A stretch of 64,000 nucleotides of DNA from Glaucostegus cemiculus. Taxonomy: Eukaryota. Positions 10,641-22,619 of the stretch are shown in pieces. Position numbers and translations under genes: made by a program. Under the pieces are notes generated by a model. It saw only the letters and a list, made by a program, of their open reading frames with translations, did not search any database and had not been told where the DNA came from. The DNA lies in NCBI GenBank assembly GCA_976551045.1, contig CDPCPM010000054.1:28334001-28398000 (forward strand), in the 5' to 3' direction. Position 1 is the stretch's first letter, and every line of letters starts with the position of its first letter.

Positions 10641-13600
10641 TTATGCAATTTATTTTTAAATTGAAATATGTTTTATATACACATAATTTTACTTAATAAC
10701 ATGTTTCTTAATAAAATGTCCAGGTAAACAGAAGTACAACAATTACAATGGAAACCTAGGGATTAATATTGTTCCTGTGTACTGTCATGGAAAACAAGGA
10801 AAGAAGACATTCAGCCTAATGTTCACGATCAAATTCAAATTCAAATTCCACACTTAAAAGGATTGGTTGATTGTTTTTTGTTGGTTTTTGCAGCAAGAAC
10901 AAAGATTAAGGCAGGTAAAATAACTCGAGATACTGATAAGCCATGATCTAATTGAATGGTCAAACAGGCTCGAATGCCCTAATCCTGTGTTCCAAAAGAA
11001 AGTTTGTGAACTCACCATGCTGCTCAAGATTAATTTACCTGAGTATTTCCATTCAGGATTAATAGGTCAGCCTGATTTGCCAGTCAAACTGAAAGTATAG
11101 GATTAACAAACTTGACCCTGAACACAACATCACTTCTAATCTAAACATATTCCACTCTGGCAAAAGGCCTGACTATTGCTTCAGTTTATTTTTTATTTCC
11201 TCAGATGGTGTACGGCTCCATACCTCATGTAAAAAGAAGTCTAAATGATGTCTATTTAAATTCTGAGAATGGTCGCCCACCTCCACGCCTTCTCACTCAT
11301 TGCCCAACACAACAAGCTAACGTAGGTATAGGTTGGTACTCCAGGGCATTCTTATTACTGAATGAGTATTAGATGGTTGTCTAATTTCCAATTCTGTGCT
11401 GCTTAATGATTTCTCATGCAGTACACATGTTACTCGGTCTGGGACTTCTCTTTCCAATTAACTAACCACATCATTTTTTTTTACAAATTGCAGGTCACAG
11501 AAGAGATTTATTTTATCCCTCTGTGAACCTTTCGTGCAAATCTGCCGCCACGCCTCCTCCATGCCAGAAGTAAATTCATGTATTGGGAAGAGTACATTAT
11601 TTTATTTGCCTTTAAGAGCATTACAGAAAGACCACAGAGTGCAGCTTCCGTGGCCGTTGATAAACTGACACAACTAACTCATGGTAAAAAAAACACAATG
11701 ACCTCCTGATCACTGAAATAGAATAATAAGATTTACGGGAGTGGCAGAATTGATCAAGTTTTAAATAAGTACGTTTACATCGCTGTAATTTTTTTCACCT
11801 GTATGTGAACACAAACACGGAGTGTAGTTATTTCACTCCATTCTTTATTTTACATTCAAGAGTCTTATGCAATTCAACACATTCCGATCTCTTGTTATAG
11901 TACAACCATACGTATGCGACGGAGTACTGAAATACGGTGTTTGTAAATTCGTGTATTCATATGGAAAAGATAGATCTTTGTCACGAGTAGACAAAAAAAA
12001 TAACATGAAGCGTTTTAAACTTGACATCTAAGTTGGTACTTCTCAGAGGAACGCATTCCTAGTTATCGCTTGACATCCTTCGAATGTGTTCAAAGCAGCA
12101 ATTTTATTCTGTGCTTGAATATAGTTTCGGCGTATATTATTTATTTTGCACAAATCCCTCACTCAGTGACACATTTCTATAGTAATCTGGTTCATAAAGC
12201 TGAGCTGCTTCCAGCAGATTTAAATAATGTTGTTAGATAACTAGGAAACTCAACCCCAAAATATTCATCCCAGATGTTTAGTTTGGATATCCCTTTGGGC
12301 TAATAAACTAAACGAAAGCAAACTGAGCAAAGCTGCATCAATGAAAACCAGGCTACATAAACCAAGGGAAGTTTACAAGACCGTTGAGCAGAAGAAACAA
12401 TTGCATGAAAGGTTAAAGTTAAGCCTGTGGGCTTTCCAAACATTAACCGCACATTTAAATGGCTATTATATACCTTCGTTATTCGTCACGTTAATCAGTT
12501 CCGGCTACAATCGCATATAAGGTTTCATGTTCGCACCTATTCCAACATGAATAGCAAACTAGAAAAGTTTCGCAGTATCATCTTCGAAGATTGGTAATTT
12601 AGCTCTTAAAATGTTATATTTGTCACGCAAAATTATTTAAAAGAGGCAATTTAGTGGCTAAAATAATAATGCATTTCATAAGTTGTACAAACAAACAAAG
12701 ATAGACATATATTTAGTAGTTTGATTTGGAATAGGTTCATCAGCATTTTAATGATAAAAAAAGTAATAAAATGCAACTTCTTGTTTGAAGAAACGAGGAT
12801 CCTTCTCAGACTAGCAGCAATCCTAACTTTTAGAAATATTTCCCAACCGCGAGAAAATGTCAATTTGCTGAACAGAATCTCTGAGCAAGAAAGAGAGAGG
12901 GGGGAATAAAAGCATGCCTGGAGTGAACATAAAGAATGTTTTAACTTCTCCGAACTGCCCCTTCCAGGAAAGAAGCTGAATAAACAAACCGTGCCTCTTG
13001 TATAACACGCAAAGCAGAGTGCCATGGGGGAACTCGCAGGGATACATCTGTACGTTAATATAATTTCACCCGGACAAATAGAACAGTTATTAACCAACAT
13101 TATTTCTATTTTATTCAATTTTCTTTGGTGAGAATGTATGCAATTGTTACTGCTACTTTTGATTATTTAACTCTCCGATGCTACGTCACATGAGGAGAAA
13201 ACGAGGAAAATTAAAATCTGCGAAAAGAGCAAGTTTAGAAAGAAAAAGTCAGGGCTCTAGAAAGTAAAACAGCGAGAATGAAGATAGTATTTGAAGTAAG
13301 CTAGATCAGAGTTTAATGAAGTACCCGTACAGTTCATTTGCTCTTTTATATATGTATACATTGCTGTTGGATTGAAGTGCGATGTTTCTTGGGTAGAGCG
13401 AGGAACATTAACAGCTGTGGAAATGAGTCTCTAAAGTCCATTGCATTTAGTTCTAGACTATTGCTTCATAGACAAGACAAAGAGGACTTAAAAGCAGTTT
13501 GAAAAGACTGGCCTTTGAATGGCTACTATTCAATTTGTATTTCATTCCCCGCTGGTCATGGAATTGAGATCAGAACAAAAAGTGAAAACACATGGTTGAG

Positions 13601-15679
13601 GTCAGTAGGATCAGAGAACCACCACATACAGCAAAGGCTACAAAAAGCAATGGGAACTTGTGTGAAGAAATAGATTGTATAAACAGAGCCTGCTATCGTC
13701 TGCACACTATTATCCTGTAATTTACACGGTATGGGAGCAAAGACATGTATTAAATAGTGAGATGTTTCATCACTTTTCAAACCCTACTTCATGCCAGTCA
13801 ACTTCAATATGCATCTGGCGTGTCTGAAATTCTTCCTCTAATGTGTTTATTTAAACTATCCGGGAGAAATTATTACATCACCAGTAAATCATGTTTATAC
13901 ATACCGAATTTCCTTTCAAGTTTCCAATTCTGCAGCATGATTTTAATTACATAATAACGCCAAAATTATATTTGTAAAATAAACGTTATGATTTATAGTA
14001 CGATGAAGGGATGGATAAAAGGTCACAGAGGAATCTAAGTTAATGGTTACTTCGTAACCAAAATACTGTCAGGTTAACATGGAGAATATGATTGGTTCGC
14101 CAGATGATTAAACAATAAGGGTCTTGAGTTACTTCGTGTGGTAAAATTGTTGTGTTTTTCTATTATTAGAATTATTTTTAAATACACGAATTACCGGAAT
14201 GATTCTGTTGTTGTTTGGGAAAGGTCATCAAGTAGCATAAGATTTAATTGCAACAACTCCCAGCTGGCATTTTATGAAATGTTATTTTTGTAAACTGTTT
14301 CAATTAAATCAACCTTAGGTTTCTAAAAGAAATACATAGCTCTAGGGGGAAAATGAGATGATAGATCGATCTACCAAAAATAGTTGATGATTAGTTTGAA
14401 TTCTGACTTGATGTTTCGTCAAATGTTACAATAAATGACGATATAGCACATTATCCAAATATCAAACAATAAAAATCTTTTAATGCACTGATGCCAAGAA
14501 AAAATACCTGATTGGCAATATTTTCAATTGAAACAAAATCATCCAAGCCAATTTTAATTTTTTGAACACATTGTTATACTATGACATTTATAACAGCTAT
14601 GATACCTTAAATATCTGAGAAACTTTTTGCGATAATAAAATCACAACTTGGAGGTAAGCACTGGTGGCTCTGATTAACGACATTGCAAACGTGTTCACGA
14701 ACAGTTAGGAATATGTTCAAAACATAAACTTATAAAGGAAAGGTCGCAATCCCACTTACTTCTGGCTACATGTAGACCAGAAAGATTTTTTTATTATCGG
14801 ATGTTCAGCTTCGTCCGTTTTGAACATACGAGGTAGTGTATTTACAATATTATTGATTTAAAAATGAATTTTCCAGTCCTCATGGATTAACAACAACAGA
14901 ATGAAAATCAGTTAACTCGGTAGTTTATGCAAGAAGTGTAATCAATAAATTCAATATGCGGTCCTACTAAGTGCTTCTTAAACACGCTCTTTCATGCTCT
15001 TTTCTCTGCCGAACCCACATTTCTGTATCAAGCGGTTCTTTATGCAGTGCTACAATCTCTTTCTTGGCCTAATGAGACTGGAAGCTTATTAGCGTTTAGG
15101 CGCTGTATGACGGCCTGTAATATATGCTTTTCATATAAATGAAAAAAGTCAGCAGGCTGCTTGAAAGAAAATAAAACTAACAGAAGTGAAGAGACCGCCT
15201 GTGACTGCTAAGGTGATCTAAAATAAACCAAAAATAAAATGGAGAAGGCGCTTAAGGTATAGCTCGACAGAACACCAAGAACTCTGGTAGGCTCGGCAAA
15301 CGTTGTATACAATGGTCAAAGAAACAGAACGACAAGCTTAAAAAAAAGCAGGGCGCGGCATTATAATGGGTCAGAGATCCCAGTACCACTCCCCCTTCCC
15401 CACCCAACCCCCTTCACAGTCGTGGTCTGCCAGATTTTCGGATCTTATATTATGCTTTTCTCAGTAAATAGAATTAAGTGTACTGAAAGAAACTCTGTCG
15501 TTTTAGCTTTTTAAAATTTGATATATTACTAACAATGGCGCGTCGATATTTCAATATAGAGCTAGCTATACACCGTTTTTATACGAATGGGTAACATTTC
15601 AGTAATTGAAATACGTAGAATTACACGTGAAAATACTACTAATATTTCACCGTATAAACAATGAAGTTTTATATATTTT

Positions 15680-15970
15680 TATATTTCAAAATTAAACTTT
15701 ATTCATCGTAAAAATATATACAAAGGATGATACAATGTAAAAACAAAACCTTAACATTCATGGTTGTTACATTCAGTAGTGTAAACTTTAAAGAGAAAGA
15801 CACACAGACACAGCACCATTGCCACTTGTGTGTCTCCCTGAGGTGATATCCCTTTCATTGTTCGAGGGGCTTCCCAACCCAACTCCATGTGCGGTAGCGG
15901 AAGGAGCCGATACTGTGGTCCTTCCCCACAGAGCCTTAGCTGCACCGAGCTTCACTGCGCCCCTCAGCAC
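15680..15970 (-). mobile_element. 5'-truncated L1/Tx1-clade LINE 3' end
   Basis: Minus strand reads VLRGAVKLGAAKALWGRTTV (ORF2 C-terminus), then a 3'UTR with AATAAA and an A-rich tail; the same tail recurs at ~26.0 and ~38.3 kb. Confidence 0.7.
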
Positions 15971-16399
15971 CCGGTTTTATGAGAGTAAGGTGTTTGTTTC
16001 ACGGCTCTTTTCTAAACTTGATCTTCCTAGATCACCGCTATTGACCTTGAGGTCGCGGTGACATGCACTGCGGCACCAAATCAACAGAATAAGAACATTG
16101 GTTACATTTGATGAAGGTGATTGGGACTCGTTTTGTTTATATAACAGCTATAAATATTTATAAACGTGCGGCACATACACTGGATATTCGCTTACAGAGA
16201 ATTGCTAATCTGAAACAAATTCCCGGCGGATTTCTGATGCACGAACTTCCATTGCAGGCGTGGCTTTGTCACGTTTGCCAATAGAGCACATCTTACAATT
16301 TAGTAACTGATATCTAAAGTTCATCTACATGGATTAATTTTGAACTAGAATGCTCACCTGAAATGTGAAGCCCCGTGATCCTACATTAAGGTTGACTTG

Positions 16400-16680
16400 A
16401 ACAGAGCAGGGGGCGGGGAAGGAAGGTGTGTTCGAGACGCAATGAATTCAGCTCAAAGCAGTTACAGAAAATGCTCACACGGACGGTAATGCACTTAACT
16501 TTCCGAAGCCATTTTGTGTCCATCTTTAAGGTGAGCTAGCGAGCGCACTTGCAGTTCTCTGTCTGAGTCTCTCACTGTGTTCAATCGCCCGTTTATCTCC
16601 TCACTCCCCTTTCACCAGCTCTTGAAGTGGGAGCCTGGAACGCATTTCTCACTGCAATGATGTTTATCGAGGCTGTAAGC
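16400..16680 (+). promoter_or_regulatory. Promoter-like segment with first-exon and second-exon splice signals
   Basis: GC box GGGGCGGGG 16410-16418, YY1-type GCCATTTT 16508-16515, donor AAG|GTGAGC at 16531, pyrimidine tract with CAG at 16618, and a 56-nt exon 16619-16674 followed by GTAAGC. Confidence 0.4.
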
Positions 16681-17169
16681 ACCGAACTCCCTCCTTCCCT
16701 TAGCGTTGATAACGATTTTTTAAAACAAAATCATAACAGTTCTAACCTTCAGAAACAGAAGTCGAGAGCTCAAGCTTTCAGAGATCAGGCAACGCTACTA
16801 CATTTATCAATCGAATTTAAATCGAAAGGAGACAACATTGTTAAATGTTAAATGAAGGTAGCAATCATACTTTAGCACCGGATATATTGTACTTCATTCA
16901 ACCCTATCTACTGTTTGCTTACTTAAAGGCATTCATGAACCAGCGGCATTTTTATAAATTGGTGGATTTTGGAGAATAGTAACAGTAAACTGATTCAAGA
17001 ACCGTTCCCCAGTGTAAATTTTGGGATTGGGGAGTGGGAAGGGGAAAGATCTCTCAGAGTGGGATGTGTATCCTGCAATGCATACTCTTAGTGGAAGAAA
17101 TCTACCTAGGTAAAAGTTCGATAGAGAAATGCATACAAGGCTTGAGCAATTTTCCCGCAGTCTATTGGT

Positions 17170-17250
17170 TCAGATTTTCATGGAGTTATACAGCACGGAA
17201 ACAGGCCTTTCGGCCCAACGCGTCCATACCGATCAAATTGCCTATCTACC
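17170..17250 (-). mobile_element. CR1 3'UTR fragment
   Basis: Reverse complement reads GGACGCGTTGGGCCGAAAGGCCTGTTTCCGTGCTGTATAACTCC, a typical CR1/HER1 tail. Confidence 0.75.
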
Positions 17251-17251
17251 C

Positions 17252-17645
17252 TAAAACCATTGGGAGGCTAAGGAGTAAACTTATAAGGACTTATAAAATC
17301 ATGAGAGGCATAGATAAGGTGGATGGTCACAGGTTCCCCCCCCCCCCAGGGTAAAGGTGTATAAAACTACATGGCATAGGTTTAACAGGAGAGAGGAAAG
17401 ATATAAAGGGGACCCGAGGGACAAGCTTTTCACACAGAGGGTGGTGAGTATGTGGAAGGAGCTGCCAGAGGAAGAGGCAGAGGTGGGTACGATTACAGTG
17501 TTTAAAGGACACTTAGGCAGGTTCATGGATATGAAAGGCTTCCAGGGATATGGGCCAAATTCAGTGAAATGGAGCTAGCTCCGAAAGGCACACCTTGCAG
17601 GCATGGATATGTCGGGCCAAAGAAACACTATGATTCTATGACTCC
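17252..17645 (+). mobile_element. CR1 LINE 3' fragment
   Basis: RLRSKLIRTYKIMRGIDKVD..LFTQRVVSMWKELPEE..FKGHLGRFMD, with tail TGATTCTATGACTCC. Confidence 0.88.
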
Positions 17646-18530
17646 ATCACTGTTCTCTTCCCTCAGCTCACCAGCTTCCACATGTTTCTCCATGGTAAAT
17701 ACAGACAAGAAATGTTCATTCAAGACCTCAGTCATCTTTCATGGCTCCACACATACATTACCACACTGATCCTGAAGGGGACTTTCTCCCTAGTTACCAT
17801 TATGCTGTTAATATAAATATGGAAACTTTTGGATTTTGCTTTATCTTATATGCACCTACTTCCTTTATACTCCTCAAGGCACCTGCTTGATTCTGGCTGC
17901 CTATACCTGGCATATGACTCCTTTTTCCCGATCAGAGCCTCAATATACCTCATCAACCAGAGTTTCCTAATCCAAAGTCTTGCCCTTCACTCTAACATGA
18001 ATATGCTGAACTCTTCTTATCTCACTTATAAAAGCATCCTTTGTATGTCAGATACCCCTTTACCTGGTAACAGCCTCTCCCAATCAACCTTTGCAACTTC
18101 CTGTCTAATGCCATCAAAATTATCCTTGCCCCAATTTAAGACTTTAACTTTTTCCATAACTGTCTTGAAACTAATAGAATTATAGTAACTGATCCCAATG
18201 TAATCCTCCACTGACACTTCAGCCACTTGCACAGCCTCATTTCCTGAGAGGAGGTTGAGTGTAGTCCCTTCTGTAGTAGGACCATCTACATATTGCTTCA
18301 GAAAACTGTTCTGGGCACACTTAACAAATTCTGCCCCATCTAAGTACTGTGGCAGTCCCAATCAATAGTAGAGAAAATAAAATCACCTACTATAACAAAC
18401 CTATTATATCTACACCTATTTGCAATATGCCTATCTGTTTGCTTCTCTAATTTTCACTGACTATTGAAGGACCTATAGTACAATCCCATCAAAGTGATGC
18501 CTCATATTTATTTCTAAGATCTACCCCTTC
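17646..18530 (-). mobile_element. CR1 LINE ORF2 endonuclease/linker fragment
   Basis: ORF 18026..18361 reads LDGAEFVKCAQNSFLKQYVDGPT..VKVLNWGKDNFDGIRQEVAKVDWERLL. Confidence 0.88.
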
Positions 18531-18539
18531 TGGACATTT

Positions 18540-18890
18540 GCCTGGGATATTCACACTTCACACTCCCATCTCCCCACCTCACTTCATCTGCCTCTTGTTT
18601 CTTTTCTCTCTTTGCCTGCCTCCATCTACCATTCACTGCCACCATCTCCCAACCTCACTCCCCCACCCCTCTCCTATCTGGTGTAACCTGCCTATCACCC
18701 TACACCCCTCCTCAGTCCACCAATCACCTCGGGCTCCTGTCTCACCACTCCCCTTCTCCTCTATACTGGCCATCTTGCCTCTCCACTCTCAGTCCTGATG
18801 CAGGGTTTTGACCTGAAAAGTCGACAACTCCTTTCCTCGCACAGATGCTGCTTGGCCCACTAAGTTCCTCCAGCAGATTGTTTATTCCCT
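18540..18890 (+). mobile_element. Penelope-like element 3' region/pseudo-LTR
   Basis: CT-rich tract followed by CAGTCCTGATGCAGGGTTTTGACCTGAAAAGTCGAC..ACAGATGCTGCTTGGCCCACTAAGTTCCTCCAGCAG. Confidence 0.75.
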
Positions 18891-19129
18891 CAAGATATCC
18901 TCTGTAATAGTGCAGTGCAATTGGATTTTAACATCCAATCTCAACAACAAAACATCCTGCAAGCATTTAGTAGTTTAGTCAGCACCTGTGGAGAGAGAAA
19001 CAGAGCTAGTGTTTTGGTTCAATGACCAGAACTGGAAAATGTTCCCTAACCCTGCAGGTCACACGTCTTCAAGACCACATTAAAATACTGTACCTTTCAG
19101 TGCAATCTAACACATGTCAGTGCTTGGCC

Positions 19130-19520
19130 CAGTAATATTGCCATGATGCCTTAGAACAGTATAGGAGACCAACAGGCAGGTAAGTCAACGAATCTCTCCA
19201 CTCGCTTGGAAAGCTTGTTGGAGGCAAGGTGCAACATTGTAGTGAAAAAGATTGGGAAAAGTTTTGGGGCAATGGCACAGCCTTGTTTGCTATTGGTTTT
19301 CACTGAGATTGGCTCTATTGTAAACCTGATTGTTGTTGTCATGGCTTGCCTGTCGTCCTGGAATAGATGTAAAATGATGACAGATTTCAGTGGGTAGATA
19401 AATTGAGAGAAGGTCAATTCTGTCCAAATGATAAAGTAAAGGATTTTAGGGATGTTGAAGAAAGCGATATAAAGTTGCCTTTGCTACTCCGTGCATTTTT
19501 CTTGGAGTTGTCATGTGTAG
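19130..19520 (-). mobile_element. RTE-clade LINE reverse transcriptase remnant
   Basis: ILHLFQDDRQA..EPISVKTNSKQGCAIAPKLFPIFFTTMLHLASNKL matches the RTE motif GVKQGCVIAPTLFSIF. Confidence 0.75.
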
Positions 19521-19649
19521 AGTCACAGTTGGAGAGGTCTTTGAAATATACCATAGCTCCATAGCTACTCCAGTCAAGCTAATAGTCTTTGGTAACACTT
19601 TGGAAGTTGATCATGGATGACTCACTATTGGTTTTAACTTTGAAAATCA

Positions 19650-20430
19650 AAGGCCAATGACTGGTCTCCTGAATGTTAGTGTCCACTGACATTTACAGGC
19701 TCTGAATGTTATTTGCCACTTGTCAGCCCAAGACTGGATGTTATCCAGGACTGACAGTAGACTAAGATGGACAACCATATTAATAGCAGAAGAGGAAATA
19801 AAGCTAAGCGCTGTTGATTCATCAGTAACTTGCACCATTCCTGATCTTGTTAGGAAGTGAAGTTGGTAAGTGAAACAGCTGAAGATGATTGGACCATGAA
19901 TGTAACAATGAATACATTCAGTGGGAATCCCAGTGATGATCTCTTGGGATGATAATACATGACTTTTCACATCTTCCTTTGCACTAGGGGTGACTCCAGG
20001 GTCTAGTGGCATTTCCCTTTGATTCACACTGACAACAATTTTGCTTGGCCTTTTTAATACTTTTGATGGTTAAATGCTGTTTTGAGTGAAGGCAGGTTTC
20101 TTCTGAATTCATTTTTTTTCCATACTCAGATAAGAGTTGTGATGGGGTTTGCAGCCAAGTGGTTTTGGCAGAACTGAGCTTGGCTGAAGAGATAACATGT
20201 GAGCAAGTTTCCTTGGTGCCACCATTACTTCCCCTTCCGTGTTGTCACTGATAATTGGAAAGAGGCTGATAGGATGGCTGCAGTCAAGTTATATTTATCC
20301 TGATTTCTCTAAGTAGGATTTGCTGGGGGGGAAAAACATTTCACATTGTTGGGTAAATGCAAATGTAATCACTTAGTTTAGACACTGCTTCTGTGTGAAT
20401 GTCTGGTCCTAATCCATGGGTCTTCAGCAT
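19650..20430 (-). mobile_element. CR1/L2-group LINE reverse transcriptase remnant (distinct family)
   Basis: ORF 19647..20027 contains GPIIFSCF..DNIQSWADKWQITFRACKCQ. Confidence 0.7.
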
Positions 20431-20449
20431 TATAGCTGAAATATTGTCA

Positions 20450-20570
20450 AAGCAAAAAACTGTAGATGCTGAAAACGTAAAATAAAAGCAGAAAATTCTG
20501 GAAACACTCAGAAAGCCAGGCAGCAATGGGGAAGAGAGAAACAGAGTTAATGTTTCATGTTGCTGGTCCT
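20450..20570 (-). mobile_element. Short Penelope-derived terminal repeat
   Basis: GATGCTGAAAAC..GGAAACACTCAGAAAGCCAGGCAGCAA..GAGAAACAGAGTTAATGTTTCA; the family recurs at ~18960, 25650, 27950, 48850 and 54810. Confidence 0.65.
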
Positions 20571-22003
20571 TCATGTTGTCTAAGTTCTTAAGGTTTATTT
20601 TGCACAGTTGGTGCACATGCAGTGAAGGAAATTGGGTGGACATTGGCATCTACACTGGTCAGGAGCTTCACCAAAGGCTACAAAACATTACTCCTTAGCT
20701 CTTTGTCTACAGACACTTCTAAACATTCGGCTTTGTATCTTGAGAAATTATATTGGACTCCAGCATGGCTAGGCACCTTATTTGTCTAATTATCTATCTC
20801 TCTCTCTCCAATTTTATCTTTGCACGGTCAACTTGATTTAACAACTAACTCTGTGTTACCTGTCTGTTTGATATCAAATGGTAGATGAGTGAGCATTACT
20901 TACAGCTGAATATACAGATCAAGTCCAGCATGTTGGTCCTTTACTAGAAACTTTGTGTTACACCGATCCTATCCTTCTCCTGTTTAAATTCAATTTAACA
21001 ATATGCAAATTATTTGACCCTCAAGTAGAACTTAAATCCCAGCATTCACATCTGAATGCATGTTGTTTTCTTTCTTTTCTTTATTCTGTTGAAGCCAGGG
21101 AACAGAACTGGGCCAAAGTCTGATGACAGAATCACAGTATGAAAAAGCATACTGGATTGACCAACACAACTGATTTGAAAGACGTTCAGAGAACATAGAA
21201 GGCAAACAGATACTTCTATTTTCCATCACATTAGTCATGTTGGCATTATACTGCATTGCTGCTCATTCACTAACAATTCCAAGGCATAAAATGCAGCTAT
21301 CAATATTAACAACTTATTCTGGGCTTTGAACTATACTGTACCCACCAGGAGAGACCTTTGGGTGCATATACTTCTATGCATTCACAAAGTTCTGCTCCCC
21401 AGCCAGTAAATGTTTTCATAATATTAAAACAATACAACAGTAAATTTATAAATTTAGCCTTTGCCCTAAGAGATGGCAGCACTTTTGAAACTTGTCTTTT
21501 CATCACATGGAACTTATACCTTGTTTAAGTGATGTGGTTTAACCTAAAGGAAAAAAAATAATCATATTGTGTACTTTATTCATTTGGGATGTATATCACA
21601 CTTACCCAAAAGCAATTTTGCATTGATATGAAACTGGCAGGGTAATTATGCCCTTGAGGTAATAGAAAATCCATTAACTAGAACTTTCTGTAAAATTCAT
21701 TTTTTTTTACCTTTTGGTCATTATATCATAACATTTCCAAACTGGTGTTTTCACAAACATAGGCAGCTGCACAATGGCTCCAACTGTAACGAAAGACAAA
21801 CAACACCACCACAATTTCATGAAGTCTGCTGTCCAAAAGGAAGTATATATTAAGTGTGCATGGTGGGGGCAAAATGTGACAGCAAGAATTGATTACATCG
21901 AGAAACATTATGCCTATTCCTGAATTATTAGGTTTGCAATCCAAAGAGCTAAGTCACAACTCGAGCATAAAAGGTGTTGGGAACTCACGTCTTATTATGG
22001 CTT

Positions 22004-22397
22004 TGTCATGGTTCTGAATGCTGGCCCTCGGTTCAGCTCCATTGATGGTGCCTTGTGGATTCCATGCACTACTAATTGTATAATGACACACACCTGAGCC
22101 CCATCAGGAGACTAGCATACGAACCCTGGTTTCACTAGCACTAGTTGTCAGAGTATTTGTCAACCTTTGGGTATGCTTTGTCTCCTGGCTGTTTAGAACT
22201 CTAGCGCAATCCTGGTTTCGCTGTTCCTCTTAGGATATCCATTTTCCATTTTGGGACTCTGCCTCAGAGCCCTGAGGCAAGATTCCTTCTGGTCATCACC
22301 TGCGTTTGGTTCTGAGGAAGCAGCCCAACTCTAGTCTTGTAGCAATGTGCTGCATTTTGGTTTTCTGCGAGCTTGCTCTTCACCTGACATTGTGGCA
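22004..22397. mobile_element. Solo LTR (394 bp) with 5-bp target-site duplication
   Basis: Begins TGTCA, ends TGGCA, and is flanked by an exact GGCTT at 21999-22003 and 22398-22402. The CTGCATTTTGG motif near the 3' end resembles fish Gypsy LTRs. Confidence 0.75.
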
Positions 22398-22619
22398 GGC
22401 TTTTGAAGTTAGTTAATTAAGTGTCCCTCAATAATCCCAGTACAGAGCTTGATCATCTATTTAGAATGGGAATGGAAAGAAGATCCCAATCCAAAGTTTA
22501 AAAACATCATTAGCACTGCCTGATAGCACTTCATTCCTGTAGCATATTTGTACTCCCTGTTCTGTTCCCCTTTTTGCTCATTGTCAGGTAATTCCCCTAC
22601 GTCTCTGGGAACATTACAC

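Noticed and set aside
17170-17645. Head-to-head CR1 pieces as a novel fold-back element
   Set aside because: More simply a plus-strand CR1 inserted into an internally deleted minus-strand CR1.
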